Shown in pieces: positions 21,349 to 33,101 of a stretch of DNA of 64,000 bases; positions within the stretch are counted from its first letter, which is position 1, and every line of letters starts with the position of its first letter. The stretch lies in NCBI GenBank assembly GCA_963793265.1, contig CAWBZI010000007.1:64001-128000 (forward strand). Direction: 5' to 3'. The position numbers and the translations under genes are program-made. Source of the stretch: an uncultured cyanobacterium. GTDB lineage: Bacteria > Cyanobacteriota > Cyanobacteriia > Phormidesmidales > Phormidesmidaceae. Under the pieces are notes generated by a model. The model ran no database searches and was not told the DNA's origin. It worked only from the letters and a program-made list of their open reading frames with translations.

Positions 21349-21387
21349 ATTCTTTGATGTTCAGTTGTCTAAACGTTATATTTTGGC

Positions 21388-22740
<1,353 letters not shown>

Positions 22741-22793
22741 TCACGTCAAAATAGACCATATACAGAATAGGGCACAACGAGAGGATCAGTACA

Positions 22794-23180
22794 ATGCGCT
22801 TACTACACACGATGTTACGAGTCGGTAACTTAGAAAAATCGCTGGCTTTTTACTGCGACGTGCTGGGTATGAAACGCCTGCGCCAAAAGGATTACCCCGG
22901 CGGCAAGTTCACCAATGCCTTCGTCGGCTATGGCGATGAGGCTGACCATACGGTGCTAGAGCTGACGCACAACTGGGAAACCGATAGCTACGATTTGGGC
23001 GACGGCTACGGTCATATTGCGCTGGGCGTGGAGGATATCTATGCGACCTGTGAGGCGATTCGGAAGCAGGGGGGCAATGTGACGCGGGAGCCAGGGCCGA
23101 TGAAGCACGGCACGACGGTGATTGCGTTTGTGACTGACCCTGATGGCTATAAGATTGAGCTGATTGAGGGACGGGGGTAA
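22794..23180 (+). CDS. gloA: Lactoylglutathione lyase (glyoxalase I)
   Basis: [35 protein letters not shown]. Confidence 0.97.
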   Translation: MRLLHTMLRVGNLEKSLAFYCDVLGMKRLRQKDYPGGKFTNAFVGYGDEADHTVLELTHNWETDSYDLGDGYGHIALGVEDIYATCEAIRKQGGNVTREPGPMKHGTTVIAFVTDPDGYKIELIEGRG

Positions 23181-23218
23181 GATACGGCGACTAAGTAGAA
23201 GTGATCATTATGCGGCCA

Positions 23219-23611
23219 TCAGCAGCACTGGCTTATAACCATTTCTACATGTCTGTATAGAACTTGAACCTGGTCGATCGACTGCTCCCGATCGACCGCG
23301 CTGTCTTCTTCAATCATGTCTGCGTATCGTAGCTGAACTGCAAAAGGCGCAAAGTCTGCTAGCTGACGATACTCGGAAACGTCGCAGTCTAGGTCTTCTA
23401 AAAGCTGAAGTAGTAAATCTAAATTGTGAGTGAGCGGATAGACCTGGCCTAATGCTGACAGCCAAGCCTTCAGAAGTTTCTCTACGGCTTGCTGTACATG
23501 AAATCCAAATATCTCATCTACGAATATATCGGCATCTAGCATTCCAGCCAATGCTCTTAGGTCGCGCTGAGCAATGCCTAAAAGGTTTCTCGCCTGGTTA
23601 ATGTCGCTCAT
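23219..23611 (-). CDS. HEPN domain protein (MNT-HEPN module partner)
   Basis: AQRDL, FHVQQAVEKLLKA, THNL, LRY motifs; likely start ATG 23611 overlapping the MNT 3' end. Confidence 0.88.
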   Translation of the reverse strand: MSDINQARNLLGIAQRDLRALAGMLDADIFVDEIFGFHVQQAVEKLLKAWLSALGQVYPLTHNLDLLLQLLEDLDCDVSEYRQLADFAPFAVQLRYADMIEEDSAVDREQSIDQVQVLYRHVEMVISQCC

Positions 23612-23969
23612 ACAAGACGGTTCCTTCTCGCAGGGCTCGGCCAATGACGTGATTGAGGCTCAAGCTCCAGTAATCCACTTCATCGATACTGTGAATCAAA
23701 AGGTCAATTGAAACCCTGAATGAAGCCAGCGCACGGGAAACTTTCGATATTTCTTGGCGGCGGCTGCGGTCTTTACCAAAAGGGTTAGCATCAATGATTA
23801 AAAAGTCATAGTCGGCATCGTCTTTCGCTGTTCCCTTTGCTCTAGAGCCAAAAAGGATGACTTTCTCGGGCTTCGTTACCTCAACGATAACCCTAACCAT
23901 TTGCTCTAGCATTGGCTGAACATTTGGTAGTTGGGTATTAGGCTGTTCGTTATCTATGTGGGCAATCAT
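23598..23969 (-). CDS. Minimal nucleotidyltransferase (MNT) antitoxin-type protein
   Basis: VILFGSRAKG...DYDFLII, IDLL, ALREGTVLYE. Confidence 0.9.
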   Translation of the reverse strand: MIAHIDNEQPNTQLPNVQPMLEQMVRVIVEVTKPEKVILFGSRAKGTAKDDADYDFLIIDANPFGKDRSRRQEISKVSRALASFRVSIDLLIHSIDEVDYWSLSLNHVIGRALREGTVLYERH

Positions 23970-24117
23970 TGGATATGAGCTGATGCTGCGTCTATTTATA
24001 CCAGGGTATTGTTGGGGGCATTACGCGATCGCTTGCATCCATACTACTATGCTCACAGAATAGGCGGTTCTGGCAAACGCTACACTTGTCTCTTAGTAAC
24101 CATCTGGATGTATAAGC

Positions 24118-27100
24118 ATGGTCGAGCTTAGCAAACTTATTCCGATCGTTTTAAAGCTTGTGGCAAGTGGCATAAAAGCACCGCTGCAAAAAAATACGAC
24201 CTTGATTAAAGCGCTGAAAAAGGCGGGCTGGAATCGAGAGCATCCACCGGCTGACTTTAGTAGTATTTATGCGCATACCATAGTGGAATATGCTTTAGGC
24301 GGAGAGGTTGTTAAGACGGAGCCTCTTGTTAAACTATTTGGTGAGCCTGAAATTAAGCAGGCTTTTCGTACAGCCTTTGATCATGGCGATTTAACGCCGC
24401 TTGTAAAAGCCTTCGATCAGCGGCTCAACTGGCAGGATGAGGATGACGACTGGAACTTTGCAGCGTAGGCTATCCGTGATGAAGGTATTGATATTCAACA
24501 GGAGGTTGATAGCTTTCACCATTTGTTTTTGAAGGTAGTGGAGCTGAGTGAAACGCCTAAAGAACGTTATCAGACGCTATTGATAACCGACTTGCAACAG
24601 CGTTTAAGTCAGATAGAACTGAAGCCTATTCAGGAAGAACAGCTTTGTGCGGCTAGAGAGCTAGCAGATCAGCTAAATGGCTGGTTCAAGTCGCTGAAGT
24701 ATGGCCGTGAGTCTTACGAATGCGTCGAAGAACTGTACTGTGAGTGGATTATTACAATTCCTGCACGAAGAGGGTTTGACCGAATTTTAGTGCGTTGTAT
24801 TGAAGGAGAGGCTGGACTCTCTCATATTCAGGATTTACGAACATCTTTTGAACATCACAAGCCAGATGAGGGCTGGCTAGTTTCTACAAGACGGATTAGT
24901 TCTGCTGTAAAGGAACGATTGGAAGATCGCTCATATCGAGGGATTTATTGCTACACCCTGGATGATGTTATCGATCAGGTAGCTGATTTTAGCAAGTATC
25001 TAGAGTGGCTAGAAGCTGAGATAACCACGAGAGGCATTGATACCGACTATATTTCGTTGGGATGCACTAAAGAGGAGATTGATCCGAAGACTAAGGCACC
25101 TTTAGGAATTAGCCGCTATGGAGAGGATGAAGGCTGGATCGAAGGATATGTAGGCCAGTGGCTAGCGGATTCTTCTAAGGAGCATCTGTCGGTATTAGGA
25201 GAGTTTGGCACGGGAAAGACTTGGTTTGTGATGCACTATGCCTGGCTAGCTTTGCAGGAGTATAAGGTGGCAAAAGAGAGAGGTGTAGCGCGGCCTCGAC
25301 TACCCCTGGTGGTTCCGCTGCGTGACTATGCAAAGGCGGTCAGTATGGAGTCGCTGTTTTCGGAGTTTTTCTTTCGGAAGCATGAGATTCCGCTACCGGG
25401 GTACACGGCGTTTGAGCAGCTAAACAAGATGGGCAAGCTGCTGCTGATTTTCGATGGATTTGATGAAATGGCGGCAAGGGTGGACTTGCAGTCTATGGTT
25501 GATAACTTTTGGGAAATGGCGCGGGTGGTGGTGCCGGGGGCTAAGGCAATACTCACCTGTCGTACGGAGCATTTTCCAGATGCTATTGAGGGGCGGGCAA
25601 CACTGAGCGCAGAGAAAAAAGCTTCGACCGCAAATTTGACGGGGGAGCCGCCGCAGTTTGAGGTGTTGGAGCTAGTGAAGTTTAATGATGAGCAGATTGC
25701 TGAGCTGTTGACGCAAAAGGTGCAGCGAATTGCAGCGGCAGAAGGCCGTGAATCTAGGCCGGAGACGATACAGAAGGTGATGGGTAACGCACAGCTATTG
25801 GACTTAGCGCGGCGTCCGGTGATGGTGGATTTGATATTGGAGGCGCTGCCGGACATTGAGGCGGGGAAGCCGGTGGATATGGCGCGGGTGTATTTGTATG
25901 CGGTGACGCGCAAGATGCAGACGGATATTCGCAGCGAGCGGACGTTTACATCGCTGGCGGATAAGCTTTACTTTTTGTGTGAGCTGTCTTGGGAGATGCT
26001 GTCTACCAATCAGATGAGCTTGAACTATCGAGCGTTTCCTGAGAAGTTGCAGCAGATGTTTGCAGGTCGAGTAAATAAAGAGAAGGAGCTGGATCACTGG
26101 CGCTACGACATGATGGGTCAGACGATGCTGATTCGGAACTCGGAAGGAGACTATAGTCCGGCGCATCGGTCGCTGTTAGAGTTTTTTGTGGCGTATAAGA
26201 TTGTTGCTTCGCTAGGGGCGATGGCTGAGGACTTTTTAGAAGTTGCGCAGGATCAGTCGCATTTGCATAAGACGCTGCCGAGTCAGGACTATATTTGGGA
26301 CGGCTACTTTAAAAGAGAGTGTGATGAAAATGGTGAGCCAATAGAGATAGCACGGCTAGGTGAGTTTGTAGGCATAGGGTTTGATGCACTGTTACCGTTG
26401 CTAGGACAAGCGAAGCTCGCAAAGGCAGTACTGGACTTAGCGCATCCTATGTTGGATGGAGCGACAATGAGAGAAAGGTTGCTACCGTTGTTGCAAGCGA
26501 CTGCGAACAAAACAATGCAGGAAAGCGGCTATCTGGGTGGGAATGCAGCGCAGCTCATGCTAGCCAAAACGTCTCATGCGCTAATAGATGCTGACTTGCA
26601 CGGAGCTAAGTTGCAAGGCGTGGACTTTACCAAAACTTTTTTACGCCGGGTGAGCTTGCAGGGGGCGCAGCTAGCTGAGGCTCCTTTTTCCAAGGTATTG
26701 AGCGCTGTTAATTCTGTTGCATATAGTCCAGATGGGCTCCATTTGGCAATTAGCGATGATAAGGGCGTCTTACAGGTTTGGGAGATTGCAACAGGGCAGG
26801 TAGCTTTGTTTTGCATGGGACATACGGCAGCCATACAATCGGTGGTGTACCGCCCCGATGGGCGGCAGCTTGCAACGGGTAGTGATGACAGCACAGTGAA
26901 GCTATGGAACCCTGAGACAGGCACCTGCACCCGCACACTCGAAGGCCATGGGGATTTGGTTAGGTCGGTGGTGTACCGCCCTGATGGGCAGCAGCTTGCA
27001 ACGGGTAGTGATGACAGTACAGTGAAGCTATGGAACCCTGAGACAGGCACCTGCATCGCACACTCGAAGGCCATGGGGATTTGGTTAGGTCGGTGGTGTA

Positions 27101-27803
27101 CCGCCCTGATGGGCAGCAGCTTGCAACGGGTAGTGATGACAGTACAGTGAAGCTATGGAACCCTGAGACAGGCACCTGCACTCACACACTTGAAGGCCAT
27201 GAGAATTGGGTTTTGTCAGTGGTGTACCGCCCTGATGGGCAGCAGCTTGCAACGGGCAGCTACGACAACACGGTGAAGCTATGGAACCCTGAAACAGGCA
27301 CCTGCACCCGCACACTCGAAGGCCATGAAAGTTCGGTTTCGTCAGTGGTGTACCGCCCTGATGGACAGCAGCTTGCAACGGGCAGTACTGACAACACGGT
27401 GAAGCTATGGAACCTAGAGACAAGCACCTGCATTCACACACTCGAAGGCCATGAGGATTGGGTTAGGTCGGTGGTGTACCGCCCCGATGGGCAGCAGCTT
27501 GCAACGGGCAGCTACGACAACAAGGTGAAGCTATGGAACCCTGAAACAGGCACCTGCACCCGCACACTTGAAGGCCATGAGAGTTGTGTTTCGTCAGTGG
27601 TGTACCGCCCCGATGGGCAGCAGCTTGCGACAGGCAGTGACGACAATACTATTCGTATCTGGGACGCGAATACGGGCGAGTGCCTGCGCGTAATGGACGA
27701 TCACGTGTGCGCAGGGCTAAACATTACAGGCACGGTGGGCCTTAGTGAGGGACAGCGTACGGCGCTGAAGCTAATGGGGGCAATAGATGAAGGCGACGAA
27801 TGA
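24118..27803 (+). pseudogene. NLR-like STAND protein: N-terminal helical domain, REase-like domain, NACHT, pentapeptide, WD40; broken by in-frame TAG (24466-24468) and 1-bp deletion (~27057)
   Basis: ORFs 24118-24468 and 24523-27150 are in the same frame, separated only by one TAG. Walker A GEFGTGKT, Walker B LLIFDGFDE, LTCR. The WD40 frame switches to ORF 27081-27803 in a 125-bp repeat unit. Confidence 0.85.
26841..27645 (+). repeat. Near-identical 126-bp tandem repeats encoding WD40 blades (about 6.5 units)
   Basis: Unit anchor (G/A)GTGGTGTACCGCCC at 26841, 26967, 27092, 27218, 27344, 27470, 27596 (spacings 126, 125, 126, 126, 126, 126). Confidence 0.95.
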
Positions 27804-28086
27804 TGGCGATCACACCAGGATTCCAAACGATGCCAACATTCCACTAGCCAAGCTAACTCGCTATCTATCAGTACAGCGCGATCACAATGACAAATCTAAA
27901 TTCTTAGCTCAAGCGGGTTTCACTCCTGACAATCACGAAGCTTTAGACAGCGCATTAGGCGAGCTAATTGTGGCTGTCAAAGCGGCTGAGAAGCGCACAG
28001 ATGAGCACGGTACGCTTTACCAGGCGACAGGCTGCTTAAAGGGAGTCAGTGGCGTCAGCCTTATCGTTGTCACGGTTTGGCTATAG
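27787..28086 (+). pseudogene. C-terminally truncated DUF6883-like protein
   Basis: ANIPLAKLTRYL...DKSKFLAQAGFT..N...L...HGTLY...G.L.G..G..L.VVTVW matches my recollection of this family; it stops at VWL* before the usual C-terminal strand, and no partner gene follows. Confidence 0.5.
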
Positions 28087-28175
28087 TCTCATGATATGGA
28101 TAACGAACTCTCTAAAGCCGTCGAAGCCTGCATAGCGATCGCTCTAGCGTGTCGTTGCCGTTACCCCCTTGCAGG

Positions 28176-28919
28176 TTATTCAATTCTTTCTGACTCTTCA
28201 AAGACTCGCGATTCATCGTTATACTCGTCGATGAGCGCAATAATCTCATCAAGGTCGATTCGATTATTCTTAACTGCAAAAGATAGATTGCTAATTTCTT
28301 CTGCGGATACACCTGGGCTACCGTCAAGGCCACGTGTACCATCTAAGCCTGCTTTTCCTTCCACTCCAGACTCGCCCTGCAGGCCACGCTCTCCGGGGTC
28401 GCCCTTTTCGCCAGTCTCACCTTTAGGTCCAGTGTCGCCCTTTGGACCAGATTTACCCTGCTCTCCACGCAGACCTCTCTCTCCTTTTTCTCCACGCGGT
28501 CCAGATTCACCCCTAGCCCCTGGTCTGCCATCTTCACCTTTAAGGCCCGCTGGGCCTGATGGCCCTCGTAAAACTTCGAGTTCTGGCAAATCGCTAATAG
28601 CAGATGCAGTGAGCTGACCGTCCTGGCTGAGCTTTTCGACCTGACGAGCAATTTGCAGGTTAAGCATTGCCATCTCGGGCGTGCAAATACCTTCGCTGGT
28701 GAGTCCGTCGTTGGCCATCATGTTGATAGTGGTGCGATGGGCGGCTTTGGCAGTAGTCCCTAGCCCCAAGACAACAAAAGCAATCACCAGCGCGTTGAGG
28801 GCAACTACGCCCCAGTTACCTGCACTAATATTGTAGGAGATATATTTGATGTAGTCGCGGCCTACCTGCGTAAGATTTTTACCAGCGCTGCCGGATTGAA
28901 TGGGAGATTTGGAAGACAT
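28176..28919 (-). CDS. Membrane-anchored collagen-like protein
   Basis: N-terminal QVGRD motif, TM helix, 29 uninterrupted Gly-X-Y triplets (~28305-28565), acidic helical C-terminus. Confidence 0.9.
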   Translation of the reverse strand: MSSKSPIQSGSAGKNLTQVGRDYIKYISYNISAGNWGVVALNALVIAFVVLGLGTTAKAAHRTTINMMANDGLTSEGICTPEMAMLNLQIARQVEKLSQDGQLTASAISDLPELEVLRGPSGPAGLKGEDGRPGARGESGPRGEKGERGLRGEQGKSGPKGDTGPKGETGEKGDPGERGLQGESGVEGKAGLDGTRGLDGSPGVSAEEISNLSFAVKNNRIDLDEIIALIDEYNDESRVFEESERIE

Positions 28920-28968
28920 AGAACGATGCTTGATAGATAGGTTTGATTAAGCTATACAAGAGATTGTT

Positions 28969-29217
28969 TTACGGCGAGTTGGTTTCGGAACTGTTAGCAC
29001 CTTCAATCAGCTCGCCGTTGCCGGATGCATTAGGCCCAACGTTGATAGCCCACGCCAGGCCGCCGAGCGCGAGTACGCTAATGACGAAGACAGAGATAAA
29101 GACGCTGATAGTCGTTGAGTTGCCGCTATCCTGACTGAAATCTCTGCCAACTTGAACAGAGTTGCCACGAACGTTTTTAGCAGATTGCTTGGGTGGATTA
29201 GGCTGTTGCTCAGACAT
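28969..29217 (-). CDS. Small single-TM protein with N-terminal VQVGRD motif
   Basis: 82 aa; AAGGA RBS; hydrophobic ISVFISVFVISVLALGGLAWAINV; directly upstream of and co-oriented with the collagen gene. Confidence 0.8.
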   Translation of the reverse strand: MSEQQPNPPKQSAKNVRGNSVQVGRDFSQDSGNSTTISVFISVFVISVLALGGLAWAINVGPNASGNGELIEGANSSETNSP

Positions 29218-29406
29218 GAAATTTTTCCTTAAAACGGGGTTTTAGTAGAAAGTTATCAAAGGGAATAGCTGAGATGCACCTCGTTTTTGCTGCCCCCTTG
29301 TACATCTATCAGAGACGGTTAGAAATTTTATGCATGAGGTTTGCAAAGGAAGATCTTTTACAACATAGATGTATATGTTGTAACTTTTCCTAAACTCAGC
29401 AGCCTC

Positions 29407-29438
29407 TCCATATCTTCTCCATCTTTCTTATTTACGCT
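29407..29438 (+). promoter_or_regulatory. Candidate RfpB box plus -10 element, chlF-psa operon
   Basis: TCCAT-atcttc-TCCAT-N10-TACGCT. Confidence 0.7.
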
Positions 29439-29497
29439 GACTTCAATCAATCGAGAAAAGACAGTTTGCTTAAAGCTGTCCTCGACAGCGCAGGAAA

Positions 29498-30634
29498 ATG
29501 AAGATGACACAGATAGGCTTTGGGAGAACGAGCGCACTGGATCGCTTTGAACCACAGGTGTCTCCAACAGCGGCTAATATCGAGAGCCACTTTAGCTACC
29601 CAGTCAGTGCTGAAAATACTGCAACAGAGTCGGGCCGCTTGCGGCTTTGGCGTCGATTTTGCCTGTGGGTTACTAGCACTGAAAACCGGATATATATCGG
29701 TTGGTTTGGCATGATTGCGATTCCAACCCTTTCTACTGCGGCCATTGTGTTTTTGCTGGCTATTATCGCGGCCCCGGCTGTCGATATGAACGGTACAGGG
29801 CAAATGGTTTCAGGCGCTTTGCTGGATGGCAACAATCTGATTACGGCTGCTGTTGTACCCACGTCAGCGGCCATTGGTACGCACTTCTACCCGATTTGGG
29901 AAGCTGCCTCTATGGACGAATGGCTGATGAACGGTGGGCCTTATCAGCTCATTGTGCTGCATTTTATTATCGGCATTATCAGCTATCAAGATAGAGAGTG
30001 GGAGCTGAGCTATCGGCTAGGAATGCGTCCATGGATCTCGCTGGCCTTTACTGCGCCTGTAGCAGCGGCGGTGTCGGTGCTGTTGGTTTATCCGGTGGGT
30101 CAGGGTGGATTTGCTTCGGGGATGCCCCTCGGCATTTCAGGCACGTTCACTTTTATGATGCAGTTTCAGGCCGATCACAACATTTTGGCCAGTCCGTTTC
30201 ACCAGGCGGGTGTTGTTGGCGTGCTGGGTGGAGCCTTGCTGTGCGCGGTTCATGGGTCTTTGGTGACTTCGACGCTGACGCGCCCTGAAGACAGATCGTC
30301 TGGAGACTACAGCTTTGAACACGCCCAGCGCTTTCAACAAAAGTTCTTTTGGCGCGGCGCTCAGTTCGACAGCTCGCGGGCCGTACACTTTGTCCTTGCA
30401 GCGATTCCGGTTGCGGGTATTTGGTCGGCGGCGCTGGGTGTGGATATGGCGGCTTTTGACTTTGACCATTTTCCACTGATGAGAGGGTCGGTGCAAAAGA
30501 CGGTTGCGCCTACTTGGTCTGATCGAGTGCTACGCGCCAATCTTGGCATCCAGGCGATGAAAGAAGTGAATCAAACAAAGTTTCCAGCGCTGATTACACC
30601 GTTGACAATAAAGGAGAGTTCTCATGACCGCTAG
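29498..30634 (+). CDS. chlF: Chlorophyll f synthase (super-rogue D1, PsbA4)
   Basis: D1 homolog with the diagnostic YQDREW (QD site), lacking Mn-cluster ligands and the [14 protein letters not shown]-terminus; first gene of the FaRLiP cluster. Confidence 0.96.
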   Translation: MKMTQIGFGRTSALDRFEPQVSPTAANIESHFSYPVSAENTATESGRLRLWRRFCLWVTSTENRIYIGWFGMIAIPTLSTAAIVFLLAIIAAPAVDMNGTGQMVSGALLDGNNLITAAVVPTSAAIGTHFYPIWEAASMDEWLMNGGPYQLIVLHFIIGIISYQDREWELSYRLGMRPWISLAFTAPVAAAVSVLLVYPVGQGGFASGMPLGISGTFTFMMQFQADHNILASPFHQAGVVGVLGGALLCAVHGSLVTSTLTRPEDRSSGDYSFEHAQRFQQKFFWRGAQFDSSRAVHFVLAAIPVAGIWSAALGVDMAAFDFDHFPLMRGSVQKTVAPTWSDRVLRANLGIQAMKEVNQTKFPALITPLTIKESSHDR

Positions 30635-32975
30635 TCCTCCGAAGCCGGAGACGCCTACTCGGGTTGTTACTGATAACAATCCGGTGCCAACCTCTTTTGA
30701 GAAGTGGGCAAAGCCGGGACACTTTGATCGAACGCTGGCACGTGGGCCTAAAACCACTACCTGGATTTGGAACCTACACGCTGACGCGCACGACTTTGAT
30801 ACGCATACGGCTGATTTGCAAGATGTCTCTCGCAAAATCTTTTCTGCTCACTTTGGGCATTTGGCCGTTGTTTTTGTTTGGCTGAGTGGAATGTATTTCC
30901 ACGGGGCTCGCTTTTCTAATTTTTCGTCCTGGATGAGCGATCCGGTTCATATTAACCCGAGCGCTCAGGTGGTGTGGCCGCTGGTTGGGCAAGACATTTT
31001 GAATGCTGATATGGGCGATGGTTTTAGAGGGATTCAGATTACCTCTGGGCTGTTTCAGATGTGGCGCGGTGAAGGGTTTACGAACGAGTTTCAGCTTTAT
31101 TGCACCGCAGTCGGGGCGCTGGTAATGGCAGCGCTGATGATTTTTGCGGGCTGGTTTCACTACCATGTGCGATCGCCCAAACTAGAATGGTTCCAAAATG
31201 TCGAGTCGATGCTCAACCACCATTTAGCCGGGCTGCTGGGCCTGGGCAGTTTGGGCTGGGCCGGGCACCTCATTCACGTGGCTTTGCCGACCAACAAACT
31301 GTTAGATGCTGGAGTGGCACTCAAAGACATTCCGCTGCCGCACGAGTTTATTCTAGACAAAGCGGTGATGGCCGAGCTTTATCCTGGATTTGCGCAAGGG
31401 CTGAAGCCTTTGTTCACGCTTAACTGGGGGGCCTATGCTGACTTTCTTACCTTTAAGGGGGGATTGAACCCGGTGACTGGGGGCTTGTGGATGACGGATA
31501 TTGCGCATCATCATGTTGCGATCGCTGTCCTCTTCCTGGTCGCAGGCCACATGTACCGCACTAACTGGGGCATTGGGCACAGTATCAAAACGATGCTAGA
31601 CGATGCCAGAAACCCAAAGATGCTGCCGTTTTTGAGCTTCATTGGCCCAGAAGGACACAGGGGACTCTACAAAGTACTCACTACCTCCTGGCACGCGCAG
31701 CTTTCGATTAACCTGGCTTTGTTGGGTTCGCTGAGCATCATTGTGGCTCAGCACATGTATGCCATGCCGCCCTATCCGTATTTGGCGACTGACTACGGCA
31801 CCGTGACCTCGCTCTTTACGCATCACATGTGGATTGGCGGCTTCCTGATTGTCGGCGCTGCGGCTCACGCGTCTATCTTCTTAGTGCGTGACTATGTTCC
31901 GGCTGAAAACGTTAACAACGTGCTCGATCGCGTCCTGCGCCATCGAGATGCGATTATCTCTCACTTAGTTTGGGTCTGTCAGTTCTTAGGCTTCCATAGC
32001 TTCGCCATTTACTGTCATAACGACACGATGCGAGCGTTTGGGCGGCCTCAGGATATGTTCTCTGATACAGGGATTCAGCTACAGCCTATTTTTGCCCAGT
32101 GGGTGCAACAGGTTCAGACTATGGCCGTTGGCGGTATGCAGGCCGCAGAACCCTTGGGCAATGCGTTTGGTGGGGCAAAAGATATTGTTCTATCGGGCGT
32201 GGGCACAACGGCTCCTGGGGTGATCAATCCCGTCAGCTATGCGTTCGGTGGCGGTGTTGTGGCCGTGGGTAACAAAGTTGCGATGATGCCAATATCCCTG
32301 GGCACAGCCGACTTTATGATCCATCACATCCACGCTTTTACCATTCACGTGACGGTGCTGGTGCTATTGAAAGGCGTGTTGTTTTCTCGCAGCTCTCGGT
32401 TGATTCCTGATAAGGCTGAGCTAGGGTTCCGCTTTCCTTGTGATGGCCCCGGACGCGGCGGCACCTGCCAGGTTTCCGGCTGGGATCATATCTTCCTTGG
32501 GTTGTTCTGGATGTATAACTCGATTGCGATGGTGATCTTTCACTTCTTTTGGAAGATGCAGTCGGACGTGTGGGGTACGGTGAACGCCGATGGCAGTATC
32601 TCGCATATTACGGGCGGAAACTTTGCGCAGTCGTCGATTACGATTAACGGCTGGCTCAGAGACTTTCTGTGGGCTCAGGCGACTCAGGTGATTAGCTCTT
32701 ATGGGTCGGCTATTTCGGCTTACGGGCTGATGTTTTTAGCGGGGCACTTTGTCTTTGCCTTTAGCCTGATGTTCTTGTTTAGCGGTCGTGGCTACTGGCA
32801 GGAGCTAATCGAGTCGATTGTGTGGGCGCATAACAAGCTGAGAATTACGACAGCGATTCAGCCTCGGGCGCTGAGCATTACGCAAGGCCGCGCGGTGGGC
32901 GTTGCACACTATTTGCTTGGCAGTATTGTCACGACCTGGGCCTTCTTTTTGGCTCGGATGGCATCACTGGGCTGA
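30624..32975 (+). CDS. psaA2: Far-red PSI core protein PsaA2
   Basis: [34 protein letters not shown]-type loop insertions; FaRLiP context. Confidence 0.97.
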   Translation: MTASPPKPETPTRVVTDNNPVPTSFEKWAKPGHFDRTLARGPKTTTWIWNLHADAHDFDTHTADLQDVSRKIFSAHFGHLAVVFVWLSGMYFHGARFSNFSSWMSDPVHINPSAQVVWPLVGQDILNADMGDGFRGIQITSGLFQMWRGEGFTNEFQLYCTAVGALVMAALMIFAGWFHYHVRSPKLEWFQNVESMLNHHLAGLLGLGSLGWAGHLIHVALPTNKLLDAGVALKDIPLPHEFILDKAVMAELYPGFAQGLKPLFTLNWGAYADFLTFKGGLNPVTGGLWMTDIAHHHVAIAVLFLVAGHMYRTNWGIGHSIKTMLDDARNPKMLPFLSFIGPEGHRGLYKVLTTSWHAQLSINLALLGSLSIIVAQHMYAMPPYPYLATDYGTVTSLFTHHMWIGGFLIVGAAAHASIFLVRDYVPAENVNNVLDRVLRHRDAIISHLVWVCQFLGFHSFAIYCHNDTMRAFGRPQDMFSDTGIQLQPIFAQWVQQVQTMAVGGMQAAEPLGNAFGGAKDIVLSGVGTTAPGVINPVSYAFGGGVVAVGNKVAMMPISLGTADFMIHHIHAFTIHVTVLVLLKGVLFSRSSRLIPDKAELGFRFPCDGPGRGGTCQVSGWDHIFLGLFWMYNSIAMVIFHFFWKMQSDVWGTVNADGSISHITGGNFAQSSITINGWLRDFLWAQATQVISSYGSAISAYGLMFLAGHFVFAFSLMFLFSGRGYWQELIESIVWAHNKLRITTAIQPRALSITQGRAVGVAHYLLGSIVTTWAFFLARMASLG

Positions 32976-32998
32976 TAGATCTATTTATCAGAAGAAAG

Positions 32999-33033
32999 AT
33001 CACGCAATCACGCAATCACGCAATCACGCAATC
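32999..33033 (+). repeat. 8-bp tandem repeat (ATCACGCA x4 plus partial)
   Basis: ATCACGCA ATCACGCA ATCACGCA ATCACGCA ATC. Confidence 0.9.
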
Positions 33034-33035
33034 GC

Positions 33036-33064
33036 GTAGGGGCATAGCATTGCTATGCCCCTAC
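33036..33064. repeat. GTAG-type REP-like palindrome
   Basis: GTAGGGGCATAGCA-T-TGCTATGCCCCTAC, perfect 14-bp arms. Confidence 0.8.
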
Positions 33065-33101
33065 CCGGAAATCATGAAAAACTCATTACCTATTTCGAAC
33101 C

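Noticed and set aside
26841..27645. 126-bp repeat array as CRISPR or DGR template/variable repeat
   Set aside because: Units are contiguous, in-frame coding WD40 blades with no unique spacers; no cas or reverse transcriptase gene is in the window.
28096..28651. Pro/Ser-rich ORF 28096-28617(+) and alternative minus frames
   Set aside because: Antisense or out-of-frame shadows of the collagen Gly-X-Y repeat.
29318..29349. Degenerate minus-strand box (CCTTT-N6-CTCAT-N10-TCTAAC) before the QVGRD/collagen genes
   Set aside because: First half-site and -10 are both poor; too weak to claim without a scored motif scan.
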